Source: an uncultured delta proteobacterium
GTDB lineage: Bacteria > Desulfobacterota > Binatia > UBA9968
Direction: 5' to 3'
NCBI GenBank assembly: GCA_963728565.1
Contig: CAVSLC010000001.1
Span: forward strand, 64,001-128,000
DNA: 64,000 nt
Notes under the pieces: model-generated
The model's input: only the letters and a program-made list of their open reading frames with translations
What the model was told of the DNA's origin: nothing
Databases searched by the model: none
Program-made: the position numbers and the translations under genes
Shown: piece by piece, positions 49,774-61,370 of the stretch
Numbering within the stretch: position 1 is the stretch's first letter
How the letters are laid out: each line of letters begins with the position of its first letter

Positions 49774-50808
49774 TCACAAAATCAGCATGGCATCGCCATA
49801 GCTGTAAAATCGGTAGCGCTTTTGGATGGCTTCGGCATATGCTTTACGGATCAACTCCAGGCCGGCAAGAGCGGTGACGATTAACAGGGGAGTCGATCGC
49901 GGCAGGTGAAAATTGGTTATCAAAGCATCGATGACTCGGAATCGGTCGCCCGGACGTATAAAGAGTCGCGCAATCCCCTCATCCGCCTCCACCTTGCCTT
50001 TCTGCAGTGCCACCCATTCCAGCGTGCGGGTGGTGGTCGATCCCACCGCCACCACACGGCGGCCAGCGTCCTTGGCGCGCTGAATCTTAGAGGCCGCTTC
50101 GGCCGGAAGAACGTAACGTTCGCCTTCCATCCGATGGCTTTCGACTTTCTCGCTACGTATCGGTTCGAAAGTACCTGGGCCGACATGCAGCGTCAACAGA
50201 GCCCTATGGACTCCTTGCGCGTCCAACCTGTCGAGCAACTCCGGAGTGAAGTGAAATCCCGCGGTAGGAGCCGCTATAGCCCCGGAATGGGCCGCATAGA
50301 TCGTTTGATATCGCTGCCAATCCAAGCCCGCAGCAGCGCGACGGCGCCGCACGTAGGGGGGTAACGGGGGCTCGCCGATTGCGGCTAGTTGCGCATCAAA
50401 ATCCCCACTATGATGAAATTCCAAGCCAAAGCGGCCGCGACCGATATCGCCAATCACCTCGGCGGTTACGCCGGCGAAAATAAGTCGGCTTCCTACCTTG
50501 GGCTTTTTGGCGGCATTGATTAACGCAATCCAAAGACTGCGCTTATCAGGGAAGCGCTCGAGCAACAGGACTTCCACCTTCCCGCCGCTTTCCTTAGCGC
50601 CGTGCAACCGTGCGGGAAATACCCGGGTATCATTGAGAACCAGCACATCGCCGGGGTCGAGAAAATTGCCCAATTCGGAAAAATGCGTGTGAATGAGCTC
50701 GCCGCTCTGTCGGCGGATGACGAGCAGGCGAGAGTCTTCCCGATTGCCGCTGGGAAATGCCGCAATGAGAGATTCGGGGAGCTCATAGGAAAACTCTTGA
50801 ACATCCAT
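49774..50808 (-). CDS. queA: S-adenosylmethionine:tRNA ribosyltransferase-isomerase
   Basis: NDTRVFPARL, PLPPY, AAPTAGFHF, TNFHLPRST, YRFYSYGDAM. Confidence 0.97.
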   Translation of the reverse strand: MDVQEFSYELPESLIAAFPSGNREDSRLLVIRRQSGELIHTHFSELGNFLDPGDVLVLNDTRVFPARLHGAKESGGKVEVLLLERFPDKRSLWIALINAAKKPKVGSRLIFAGVTAEVIGDIGRGRFGLEFHHSGDFDAQLAAIGEPPLPPYVRRRRAAAGLDWQRYQTIYAAHSGAIAAPTAGFHFTPELLDRLDAQGVHRALLTLHVGPGTFEPIRSEKVESHRMEGERYVLPAEAASKIQRAKDAGRRVVAVGSTTTRTLEWVALQKGKVEADEGIARLFIRPGDRFRVIDALITNFHLPRSTPLLIVTALAGLELIRKAYAEAIQKRYRFYSYGDAMLIL

Positions 50809-50890
50809 TTCAATGGAGCGGCAAAGCACTACCTGGCGAAAGCAATCTTCAACGCCGCCGAAACAAACATCGCGGCGCTCAGTTGGATCA

Positions 50891-51649
50891 TCAAGTCTGA
50901 TTGGATTTGTTGAGAAACGGCGCCAACAGATCTATGGGCACAGGGAAGATGGTTGTAGAATTTTTTTCTGAGGCTATTTCCACCAGGCTCTGGAGAAAAC
51001 GCAGCTGTAACGCCATCGGCTGTTTCGACATGACTTCGGCGGCGTCCAAGAGTTTCTGCGATGCTTGAAATTCGCCCTCGGCATGAATCACTTTCGCGCG
51101 CCGTTCCCTCTCTGCTTCCGCTTGTTTGGCCATCGCGCGCTGCATCTCCTGAGGCAGATCGATGTGCTTGAGCTCAACTAGCACGACCTTTATTCCCCAC
51201 GGATCGGTCTGCTTATCCAAGATATCCTGGATGCGGGTGTTGATCTTCTCTCGTTCAGCCAGAAGCTCGTCAAGCTCTCCCTGACCGCAAACACTGCGCA
51301 GAGTGACTTGCGCAAGCTGCGAGGTCGCAAAAAGATAGTTTTCCACTTCTCTGACCGCTAGATTCGGATCCAGCACCCTGAAATAAAGCACCGCATTGAC
51401 TTTCACCGAAACATTGTCTCGAGTAATCACGTCCTGGGGTGGAATATCCATGGTCACGGTGCGCAAATCCATCTTGACCATCTTTTCAATCCCCGGAATG
51501 ATATAGACCAATCCTGGCCCGCGCGCGCCGACCATTCGGCCAAGCCGAAACACCACGCCGCGTTCGTACTCCTTGAGAACCTTCACGCCACTGATGATCG
51601 CGGCGAGGATGATGATTAAAAACGTAATCGGGGCGCCTATTCCGAACAT
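50891..51649 (-). CDS. Slipin/SPFH (stomatin-like) protein
   Basis: [34 protein letters not shown]. Confidence 0.95.
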   Translation of the reverse strand: MFGIGAPITFLIIILAAIISGVKVLKEYERGVVFRLGRMVGARGPGLVYIIPGIEKMVKMDLRTVTMDIPPQDVITRDNVSVKVNAVLYFRVLDPNLAVREVENYLFATSQLAQVTLRSVCGQGELDELLAEREKINTRIQDILDKQTDPWGIKVVLVELKHIDLPQEMQRAMAKQAEAERERRAKVIHAEGEFQASQKLLDAAEVMSKQPMALQLRFLQSLVEIASEKNSTTIFPVPIDLLAPFLNKSNQT

Positions 51650-51667
51650 ATTCTCTCCTCCGCTAAG

Positions 51668-52982
51668 TCACGAAGCACTTTCCTGAAGCCGCTTCACTTT
51701 GAGATTCATTCCGTCATAGCCGACGATTTGAACCTTGTCGCCGACATCGATCTGTCCGCCCGTCTGTGTTTGGGCATTCCAATATTCTCCGTGCACGAAT
51801 ACTTTCCCTGAGGGACTTAGTTTAGCCCTGACCTCGCCGATCTCGCCGACTAGTCCGTCCATACCAAGCGTGGGTTTGGCTTTTTGGGAGCGAAAAACCA
51901 GATAACCGATCGCAAGAACAAGGCTCGCCATTGTCGCTACGGCGGTATAAATGATCGTCCGATCGAGGGTCAGGTCCGAGTTCGGCGTGTCGAAAAGCAA
52001 AAATGAGCCTAGCGCGAGAGAAATAACGCCGCCGATCCCAAGAACTGCCAAAACTCGGCATGAACGCTTCGCCGATCAAAAGCGCGATGCCAAGAAGGAT
52101 TAAAATCAAACCGGCATAATTGAACGAAAGAAGCTGCAATGAGATCAACGCCATCACCAGGCAGATGGCGCCGGTCACCCCCGGGAACATAACCCCGGGA
52201 TTGGAAAACTCCATGTAGAGCCCGAGGATGCCGGCCATCAGCAGCATGTAGGCTATGTTCGGATCAGCAATGGCATTGACGATTCTCTGTTTGAGACTCA
52301 TCTCATGGCGCACTACGTTAACGCCTTTGACGGAAAGCGTCGTCATGCGCCCGTCCAGATCCACTTTACGACCGTCGGCTTGCTTCAGTAAATCATCGAT
52401 GTCTTTGGCAATGATGTCGATGACCTTTTTCTTGAGCGCATCGGTCTCGGTAATCGAGACACTCCGGCGCACCGCCTCGATTGCCCACTCGGTATTGCGG
52501 CCGCGTTTTTGCGCGATAGTTTCGCTAAACGATGCGGTGAAGTTCTCGATTTTTTCGCCCATCACTCCTTTCACTTCCTGTCCTCCGCCCGCTACCGGGT
52601 GAGCCGCGCCGATGTTGGTGGCCGGGGCCATCGCGGCAATATGCGCCGCCATCGTGATGAAAACCCCGGCCGATCCCGCGCCCGCGCCGCTGGGCGCCAC
52701 ATGGACCATGATCGGAACCTGCGCGCTGAGCATTTCCTTTACGATTGTCCGGGTGGAGCTCAAAAGGCCGCCGGGAGTATCGAGCTGAATAACCAGAGCT
52801 CGAGCTCCATTGGATTTCGCCCGGGTAATGCTCTCGCGAATGAAATCATCCACTGCCGGATTGATCGAACCATCGATTACGATCAGATCAACGTGCGGCG
52901 CGGACGACTCGTCTGGTTGCGCCAACACCGACACACCAAGGGCCATCAGCGACACAAAGAAAAAGATCTTAAGCGTTTTCAC
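51668..52982 (-). CDS. nfeD: NfeD family membrane-bound serine protease (frameshift near 52050)
   Basis: LDTPGG, AGSAG, NIGAAHP; C-terminal VFVHGEYWNA OB domain; upstream of slipin; GTGA overlap with udg stop. Confidence 0.9.
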
Positions 52983-53727
52983 TGTTGCATCTCTTTCATC
53001 ACTTTTTTGATGTCCTCCCAGACTAACTTCTTGTCCGCCGGATTGCGCAACAGGTAGGCAGGGTGGAAAGTTGGCATCAACTTGATGCCCATATACGTGT
53101 GCCAATTGCCGCGCAACCGGGTAATCGGAACTTTGCTCTGGAGCAATGCTTGTACGGCGAATTTCCCCAACGCGACAATAATCTCGGGCCGTATTAATTC
53201 AATTTGCTTTTTCAGAAAGGGCTCGCAGGAAGCTACCTCGTCGGGTTCCGGGTTGCGATTTTGTGGCGGGCGGCACTTGACGACATTGGCAATGTAAACG
53301 TCTTCTCGAGTTAGGCCCATGCCCTTGGTGATGATGTCGGTAAGCAGCTGCCCGGCGCGCCCGACGAAAGGGTTCGCCCTTGATGATCTTCGTCCCGTCC
53401 CGGGCCTTCGCCGACGAACATCAGCTTGGCATTTGGGTTACCGATCCCAAAAACCACGTGCGTTCGGCCTAAATGCAATTTACAGCGCCGGCAGTCGCCG
53501 ATATGATCGCGAAGTTCTTCAAGACTGCTCACTTCACCGCGATCGGAGTGCATCGAGACTCGTTCCGCCTTATCGGCCGCCGGCTTTTTACTTTCCATCG
53601 CTGTTGGCGCCATCGCTGCAACCTCAGGTCGCGCGACGAACCGAACACCCATGCGTTGTTGCCGTTGTAAATGACGGCGCAGAGAAATTACCAAACTCGC
53701 GAGTTCGTCGCCTTCACTGGTGGACAT
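52979..53727 (-). CDS. Uracil-DNA glycosylase family 4 (frameshift near 53375)
   Basis: CRRCKL, VGEGPG, NVVKCRPPQNR, TFHPAYLLR. Confidence 0.92.
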
Positions 53728-53863
53728 GGACACGGAATCCTTCACGCGGAAGATCTTAACACCTGAGACTTGCGGCTATCAATGACAGAATCGCCATCGC
53801 CCAGAGCAAGGGCGCTGATTAGATCGGCCCATAATCACGACACTAAAATGCTGGCCTTTAAGA

Positions 53864-55062
53864 TTAACGCCTTAAGGTGAGAAGATGATCAAAAATTTGG
53901 TCCGCCAATTCATCCTTACTCATGAGCGGCAGCGAGTGGGTTGCGCCCCCGACGATCGATAATGGTTGCGATGTTGGTATCGCCGTCAAAACCGCTGCCC
54001 TCTTTGGTGACGTCATTTGCAACGATCATGTCAAGGTTCTTTTCGCGCAGCTTTTTATCGGCATTGGTATCCAGATTGCCGGTTTCGGCGGCAAAGCCGA
54101 TTAGTAGTTTTCCATCCTTGCGCCGCCCGAGCTCCTTGAGAATATCCGGGTTCGGCTCCAGGCGCACATCCAACGGGCCCTCACCTCGCTTTATTTTGTC
54201 GGCTGAAAATTCGACTGGATGATAATCCGCTACCGCGGCGGCCATGACTACGGCAGTGCATGCGGCGTACTCGTCGAGAATCGCCTGGCGCATTTCAGCC
54301 GCCGTGTTGACGGCCGTTACTTTAACGCCGGGAGGCGGCGTGAGCGCTGTCGGGCCACTGATCAGCACGACTTCCGCGCCCCTTCGCGCTGCCGCTCGCG
54401 CCAGTGCGTAGCCCATTTTGCCTGATGATCGGTTGGAGATATAGCGAACCGGATCTAATGGTTCGCGACTGGGACCGGCGGTTACGATGAGCTTTTCACC
54501 CGCCAGATCTTTTCTTTTGAGCTGCAGCCGGATCTGTTCGAGAATCGCCTCGGGATCCGGCAATCGCCCCTTGCCTTCGTACCCGCATGCAAGATAGCCC
54601 TCGTCCGGTTCGAGGATTTCATAGCCGATCCGCCGTAACTTTCGGAGATTTTCTTGCAAGATTGGGTTTTCGTACATGTGAATGTTCATCGCCGGCGCAA
54701 TCAGCACCGGCGCCTGAGTAGCCATCAACACGGTGGATAATAGATCGTCAGCGATACCGGCGGCAATTTTACCAATAACGTTGGCCGTAGCCGGGGCAAC
54801 AACAAAGATGTCGGCTGAGTCGGCTAAATTGATGTGCCCTATTTCAGATTCTTGTGTCAGATTAAAAGTATCGGTAGCAACCGGCCGGGCAGAAAGCGTC
54901 TGAAACGTCAAAGGCGTAACGAAGTTGCATCGCGCCCCGAGTCATGATCACCTGAACGGTATACTGTTCTTTTACCAATAAGCGGACCAACTCGACCGCC
55001 TTGTAGCACGCGATTCCGCCGCTGACCCCGAGAACTACGTTCTTTGGTTTGTCGTTCTCCAC
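53864..55062 (-). CDS. coaBC: Bifunctional PPC decarboxylase/synthetase CoaBC (two frameshifts)
   Basis: [12 protein letters not shown]; [37 protein letters not shown]; true end [22 protein letters not shown] in a shifted frame. Confidence 0.93.
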
Positions 55063-55373
55063 GAGCGCAAAATATAAAAACATTCAGGGGCTTGCAACCT
55101 CAATGAAGGTAAGCCGTATCGCCCCAGAACTAAACTTGTCGCCGTTAACACAGAGGTTGCGACTTCCGTTACCAGTCGACATGGGCCGGAGGCGTTCTGA
55201 ACGCCCCTAAGCGATCCAAAGTCTTAACAAGGGCCCAAACAAATCGCTCGGGCTTAGCCGGTGACAATGGCATGATTTTGGCGTCAATGGCAGACTTACC
55301 GGCGAATTATCAACAAATGCTTGACCAAAATATTGACATCATGTAAGTGACAAGAATGCTAAAGGAGCGGTGG

Positions 55374-56222
55374 ATGAAGCGATACAGCTCGCGGCTGACA
55401 ACCCGGAACATAAGCGCGCAATTGTTCCTAGTCGGGGCAATATTTTGGCTTGGCGCAAGTTTTGGCTATGCTTTCAGCCAGGAGGATTCGCCAGCGATGT
55501 CGGCTGGCTATGAGCCAAGCACGCTTGCCGCTGCATCGGCAAATCGCGAGCAGCCTCTGGAAACACCATTGGCTTTAGCCAGCGCATTGGCCGAAACAGC
55601 GGAAGCCGGAGACGATTTTGACTCCGACCCTCTCGAAGCTTTCAACGAAAAAATGTTCTGGTTCAATCGGGAGGTGCTTGACCGTTTTCTGCTAAAACCG
55701 GCAGCGACGGCGTGGGACTTTGTGATACCCGATCCGGTGCAGCGGGGAATTTACAACATTTTCGATAACCTCGCAGTGGTGCGACGCGTAGTCAACAATG
55801 CCCTGCAACTGAAGTTCACCGGCGCGGCAACGGAGGTCGCGCGCTTTACCATCAACAGCACAGTCGGGCTCGTTGGGTTCTTCGATGTCGCCAAGGATGG
55901 ATTCGGAATCCAGCAGAGAGACGAGGATACCGGCCAGACGTTTGGTGTTTGGGGAATCGGGCCCGGTCCTTACCTGATCCTGCCATTTCTGCCGCCACTA
56001 ACGATCCGTGACGGCGTCGGTTACGCCTTTGATACGGCGATGACTCCTTACATCTACTTCATCCCCTGGTATGCCAATGCCGGCCTCACCGTCACAAGCA
56101 CAGTCAATGACAGGTCACTAAATCTCGAAACATTTGAGCGGGTCGCTGAGTCCACCATCGATCTTTACGGCGCGGTGCGTAACGCCTATCTACAAAGAAG
56201 GGCGGCGGCGATTCGGCAGTAA
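55374..56222 (+). CDS. mlaA: MlaA/VacJ family protein
   Basis: DPLEAFN, RFTINSTVG, EDTGQTFG.WG...GPYLILP, RNAYLQRR; AAGGAG RBS before ATG 55374. Confidence 0.92.
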   Translation: MKRYSSRLTTRNISAQLFLVGAIFWLGASFGYAFSQEDSPAMSAGYEPSTLAAASANREQPLETPLALASALAETAEAGDDFDSDPLEAFNEKMFWFNREVLDRFLLKPAATAWDFVIPDPVQRGIYNIFDNLAVVRRVVNNALQLKFTGAATEVARFTINSTVGLVGFFDVAKDGFGIQQRDEDTGQTFGVWGIGPGPYLILPFLPPLTIRDGVGYAFDTAMTPYIYFIPWYANAGLTVTSTVNDRSLNLETFERVAESTIDLYGAVRNAYLQRRAAAIRQ

Positions 56223-56495
56223 TAATGAAGCTGCGGGATTGAAGAAGTCTTAACATCAGCCTCTCAGCAACGTTTTCTCCTGTCATGAGAGCTTTTCAGG
56301 TTTCGTTTGTTGCTTAAGCCACTGTACAACATCGTCGACCTTCAATGTAGGCTGATCGGACGCAGAGCCCAACATTCCCGGCCGCAATACATGCCTCTAA
56401 AAACCACCGAACCGGCTATTGACATCGCCAGTGTGGGTGTTTAAACAAATAATCCCGCCTAAGTTATGAGAACTTCATAGGAGAGAATCGCAAAC

Positions 56496-56855
56496 ATGCC
56501 GAAGACGAAAAAGAAAACCGCGGGACGACAAGCGAAAGACCGAGCTCATGATTACATTGATGATGGCAGCCATGATGAGATCGACGACGAGGATCTTCCT
56601 AGCGATGAGGCTGGACGACGCAAAATAAAGAGAAATTACGAAGAACTCCTCGGAATTCGGATAGAGAAGCTAAAAGGACGGGTTCTCAACCGAGAAAAGA
56701 TCAACAAGAGCATCGACGGGCTCTACTTCATCTGCTTTGAGTGTAAAAAAATATGTCACAACCTAGACGAAGGTTGGGTTGAAGAGCCAACAACCCAGCA
56801 CAATTTCTGCTCCGGCTGCGCCAAGACTAAAGGCATTCGCAGTACCGCCGCCTAG
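56496..56855 (+). CDS. Hypothetical protein with acidic tract and C4 zinc-finger-like motif
   Basis: AGGAG RBS; CFEC...CSGC; basic N-terminus then D/E-rich segment. Confidence 0.8.
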   Translation: MPKTKKKTAGRQAKDRAHDYIDDGSHDEIDDEDLPSDEAGRRKIKRNYEELLGIRIEKLKGRVLNREKINKSIDGLYFICFECKKICHNLDEGWVEEPTTQHNFCSGCAKTKGIRSTAA

Positions 56856-57817
56856 TCAACGATTTTCATCCATTCGAGAAAGCTTCTGAGCTCAGACGGC
56901 AAGGGCGAGTCCAAGGCAATCGATTTGCCGCTCGCCGGGTGAGCAAACTCCAAACGAGAAGCATGTAAAAAGTGCCGCCCAAGAGCGGTCGAATAGTTTA
57001 CAGAACCATAGCGCGTATCGCCGACTATGGCATGACCGGTAGCGGCGAGATGGACGCGAATCTGATGCGTGACGCCGGTTTGCATCTCGACCTCGAGTAG
57101 GCTCATTTCATTTGAGCTGGCGAGCTTTCGAAAACTGGTTCGCGCATGCCAGCTTCGGAGGCGCGGCCGCTTCGATCCAAACTCATTAATCACCTGCATT
57201 CGGCCGTGATCGGTTGGATCATGAGCAAGGGCCAAGCTGATGGATCCGGAAGAAGCGGCATCCCCCCATACCAATGCGATGTAACTCTTGTTGACTCGGC
57301 GGCGTCGAAACTGCTCCCGCAGGTTTTCAAATGCCGGCTGATTTTTTGCCACCAGCACTAATCCTGAAGTTTCGATGTCCAAACGGTTCAGTAAACCGGG
57401 CTCCCAACGACTCCTCCCAACGCAAGATAGCTCAGGCCATCGCGCAACCAGATAATTGGCCAAGGTGTCGACGTCGCGCGCAGAGAATCCATGAGTGGGG
57501 ATGCCAGCCGGTTTATCGATCGCGATGATTTCAGCATCTTCGTAGACAGTGGTGACACTCCCATTTACCCCGGCGACCGGCGAATCAAACAGCCAATGCC
57601 GCGCCCCCTGAAAGCTCACTCGGTCCCCTTGCTTTAATCTTTGACCCTTGGTCGCGCGCCGACCGTTTACCAAAAAAGCGTTCTCGTCGATAGCTTTAAG
57701 GGCTTGGCCACGGGATAGGTGAGGCAAATGCCGGCGGACAAAATATTCCAGCCGGCCTCCCGCTTCCGCCGCGCCGATTTTCCAGGTGAGATTCTGGTTG
57801 AATCCTTGAACCGACAC
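56852..57817 (-). CDS. RluA family pseudouridine synthase (S4 domain)
   Basis: DKPAGI, NRLDIETSG, TGVTHQIRVH, GDTRYG, FLHA. Confidence 0.93.
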   Translation of the reverse strand: MSVQGFNQNLTWKIGAAEAGGRLEYFVRRHLPHLSRGQALKAIDENAFLVNGRRATKGQRLKQGDRVSFQGARHWLFDSPVAGVNGSVTTVYEDAEIIAIDKPAGIPTHGFSARDVDTLANYLVARWPELSCVGRSRWEPGLLNRLDIETSGLVLVAKNQPAFENLREQFRRRRVNKSYIALVWGDAASSGSISLALAHDPTDHGRMQVINEFGSKRPRLRSWHARTSFRKLASSNEMSLLEVEMQTGVTHQIRVHLAATGHAIVGDTRYGSVNYSTALGRHFLHASRLEFAHPASGKSIALDSPLPSELRSFLEWMKIVD

Positions 57818-57863
57818 TTCACCTACCGTAGTATAGAACGCATTTCATGAATCATATTTTAAC

Positions 57864-58997
57864 ATGAGGCAACGAATTTACAGCGTCATCATCGCCGGCG
57901 GCAAGGGAACACGCTTCTGGCCGCTCAGCCGTTCGCGCAAGCCGAAGCAACTGCTTAAGCTCTTCGGCCCTAAGACCCTGCTTGACGAAACCGCGGATCG
58001 AGTACTTTCACTCGGGGGGAGCGATCGAACGCTGATCGTTACGGTAGCCGAACAATTGAATGCGGTGCGCAAAGAGTTGAGCGCGTTACCGCGAAAGAAC
58101 TTTCTCGCCGAACCTGTAGGGAAGAACACGGCGCCATGCATCGGCCTGGCAGCATTGGAAGTTATCGGCAGAGATCCTGACGCGGTGATGATTATTCTAC
58201 CGGCAGATCACTGGGTGTCCGATGTGCCGGCTTTCCGCCGCACACTAAAGGGCGCCGCTGAACTCGCAGCCCGGCACAATCGCTTGGTCACGATCGGTAT
58301 CCAACCCGCCTACCCGGAAACCGGTTATGGATACATTGTGAAAGGCAAGTCAGTAGCGGATGCCGGCAATCCAGACGCTTACCATGTGAAGAAGTTCAAA
58401 GAAAAGCCGAACGCAAAGATTGCAGGGCAACTACTCCGTCAAGGTTCTCTATGGAATGCCGGCATCTTCGCCTGGAAGGCATCTACACTGCTGGCGCTGA
58501 TGGAGCGGTATCAGCCGGCAATCCACAAATCTCTAGAGAAGATTGCCAATGCCGCCGGCGGCAAATCACTGGCAACCCCGACTCCGAGACTTGGTTCTGT
58601 GATTGCCCGCGAATATAGAAAAATGCCGAGCATTTCCATCGATCATGCGATTCTCGAGCCAGCCGGAAGCGAAGGCAGAGTTTTGACGGTGCCCGGCCAA
58701 TTTGGTTGGAGCGATGTCGGTAGTTGGGCGGCGGTGCATCAGATGTCGCCCCGCGACGCCGACGGCAATGCCGCTACCGGGAACTGGCTCGGCATTGACA
58801 CGAAGCAGTGCCTGATTCATGCCCCCGACCGTTTAGTCGTTCTATTAGGGATGCGTGATGCCTTCATCGTCGATACTCCGGACGCGTTACTTGTTGGAGA
58901 CCTCAAGCGCTCACAAGAGGTGCGCGACTTGGTCGATGAGCTAAATAAGAGAGGCCAGCGCTCTTACACCATTGACGAATCCACATCACGCCGCTGA
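57864..58997 (+). CDS. manC: Mannose-1-phosphate guanylyltransferase
   Basis: AGGKGTRFWPLSR..KPKQ, EPVGKNTAP, PADH, PETGYGYI, WSDVGSW. Confidence 0.94.
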   Translation: MRQRIYSVIIAGGKGTRFWPLSRSRKPKQLLKLFGPKTLLDETADRVLSLGGSDRTLIVTVAEQLNAVRKELSALPRKNFLAEPVGKNTAPCIGLAALEVIGRDPDAVMIILPADHWVSDVPAFRRTLKGAAELAARHNRLVTIGIQPAYPETGYGYIVKGKSVADAGNPDAYHVKKFKEKPNAKIAGQLLRQGSLWNAGIFAWKASTLLALMERYQPAIHKSLEKIANAAGGKSLATPTPRLGSVIAREYRKMPSISIDHAILEPAGSEGRVLTVPGQFGWSDVGSWAAVHQMSPRDADGNAATGNWLGIDTKQCLIHAPDRLVVLLGMRDAFIVDTPDALLVGDLKRSQEVRDLVDELNKRGQRSYTIDESTSRR

Positions 58998-59007
58998 TTG
59001 TAATCTC

Positions 59008-59831
59008 GTGAATTCCAATTATCCCAGGGGGCCATTGCGCGAAGGCGAACCTATCGTTCTGCTCGACCGCAAGGACCGGGAATATCTCGCTCGGCTGGAC
59101 CTAAATCGACCTCTAGCGATCCGTGGCGGCAAAGTGCTCGTTGAAGAACTGATCGGTCGCGATGAAGGTTGCACCGTGCGTTCTTCTGTCAACGAACCCT
59201 TCCTGGTTTTTCGGCCGAGTCTGCCCCAGTTGATTCCCAATTTACCGCGCAACGCGCAGGTCGTTTATCCTAAGGACCTTGGGCCCGATTCTTATTTGGG
59301 CCGACCTTTTCCCAGGCGCGCGTGTAGTCGAGGCCGGCGCCGGTGCCGGCGCTCTGAGCATGACCTTGCTGCGCGCCATCGGCAGCTCGGGTCAACTCAT
59401 TACCTATGAAATCCGCGAAGATTTTGCCGATATGGCGCGAAAAACCCTTAGCCAAATATTTCGGCCCGACACCGAATTGGACATTGAAGGTAGGCGACGT
59501 CGAAACCGAACTCGTGGAAACTGACGTAGATCGCATCGTTCTGGATTTACCGGAACCCTGGAAAGTGATCGACCGCGCCTGGAATGCCCTGAGACCTGGT
59601 GGCATCGTGCTTAGCTATCTGCCCACCGTGATCCAGGTCAAGAGCTTGGTTGATGCCCTGCGTGCCGATAAACGTTTTGCCTGTATTGAAACGATGGAAA
59701 CACTGATGCGATTTTGGCACATCAAGGGCATGAGCGTCCGGCCGCAACATCGCATGATCGCCCATACGGGTTTTTTGACTGCCGCGCGCCGCTTAGCAGA
59801 TGGCGAAAAGGATATTCCCCGAGCTTCCTGA
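59008..59831 (+). CDS. trmI: tRNA (adenine-N1)-methyltransferase TrmI (two frameshifts)
   Basis: QVVYPKD, EAGAGAGALS, YEIREDF, VLDLPEPW, RPQHRMIAHTGFL across three frames. Confidence 0.9.
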
Positions 59832-59877
59832 ATCGGCGCTCGGGGAATTGCACGACATTCACAGAGTCCCTTCCTGA

Positions 59878-60298
59878 TTACGGCTTGGACCAAAGCTGAA
59901 TGTAGTTCATCTCAGGGTCAAAGAAGTAGATCGCTTTACCGGTAGGCCGCACGACCGGTTTGTCGATGAGCACTTTCACCCCCGCCTTCTTGAGCTCATC
60001 GGCCGCCTTGTCGAAATCTTCCGAGCTGACTTCCAGCGCAATGTGCGAGGTTCCCTCGTCGAAATCACCCCGTCTCAATTGGCTTTGGCCGCTGAAACAG
60101 AACTAAACACATGCCGTCTTCCATGAATAATCGGGAGATCTCTGGAAACATCCCGTAAACGTCTTTGTAAGGACCGCCACTTTCTGTGTCAAAGCCAACT
60201 TTAGTGCACTTCATTCCCAGTACATCCGCGTAAAACTTGGTTGCTCGCTCCAGATCGTTGCATGGCAAGCCGATATGGTAGATCTGCTTTACTTTCAT
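59878..60298 (-). CDS. VOC/glyoxalase family protein (frameshift near 60070)
   Basis: HIGLPCNDLERATKFY..VLG; HIALEV; IYFFDP; GGAGG RBS. Confidence 0.88.
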
Positions 60299-60589
60299 GA
60301 GTCACCTCCTTGTGTTCATTTTGTCTATACTGCAACGCGCGAGGGATTTCCAATAGCTTCGGTTCTCGGAAATAGCCCCATTCGCTCAGTGGCAGCATCC
60401 TTGACAGATCATCATCGGCAAGTCTAAATGCCCACAGAAAACCACCGAGCAGCGGAATTTAGACATCGACAAGATGGAAATCTATAGATGAGTTCGACCG
60501 GTGATATTACAGACGAATTATGACTAGAGTAGCGATGAATCATAATACGCTATAGCTGCACAAGCGCTATCAGCTAACGTAAGCTTCCC

Positions 60590-61367
60590 ATGACATCTTT
60601 CATTAGAGCTCAGGACGTCTCTCTAGTCTTCAAAGCCAAGGATCGAGAGCCCGTCACGGCACTCAGTAACTTCAGCCTCGACATTGCCCAAGGCGAGTTT
60701 GTCAGTATCGTCGGCCCGTCGGGTTGCGGAAAAAGTACCTTCCTCAATATCGTCTTGGGGCTGATTGAACCGGCCAGTGGCAAAATTCAGTTGAACGGCA
60801 CGCGCATTAGCGGTCCGGGCCAGGAGCGGGCGATGGTTTTTCAAGAGTTTGGGCTGCTGCCGTGGCGAAGCGTCACGGCCAACGTAGAACTCGGACTTGA
60901 ATTGAAAGGGTATTCCGGCTGCAAAAAGAGCGGCCCGAGCAAAGGAACTGATCAATTTGGTGGGATTGAAAGGCTTTGAAAACCATTATCCGCATGAGCT
61001 CTCCGGGGGGATGAAACAGCGCGTCGGCCTCGCTCGCGCGCTGGCAACCGAACCCGAAGTACTGCTCATGGATGAGCCCTTCGCCGCACTCGATGCGCAG
61101 ACGCGCGACTTGATGCAATCGGAATTATTGCAGATTTGGGAACGCTCCAAAAAAACCGTGCTCTTTGTTACCCACAGCATCGAAGAGGCTGCCTATCTTT
61201 CAGACCGAGTCATCGTCATGACGGCAAGGCCGGGCCGGACCAAAGACGTCATTCAGATTGATTTGCCACGACCGAGAGATTATGAGATGCGGCTAACGCC
61301 AAGGTTCAACGATATCAAGCTCCGCATCTGGGAAGTCTTGAGGGAAGAGTTGACCTCCCGAGGATAG
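60590..61367 (+). CDS. NitT/TauT family ABC ATP-binding protein (frameshift near 60910)
   Basis: GPSGCGKST in the first frame; [25 protein letters not shown] in the second. Confidence 0.92.
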
Positions 61368-61370
61368 AAA

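Noticed and set aside
53864-59831. Programmed frameshifting in coaBC or trmI
   Set aside because: No shared slippery motif or downstream structure was noticed; assembly error is the simpler explanation.
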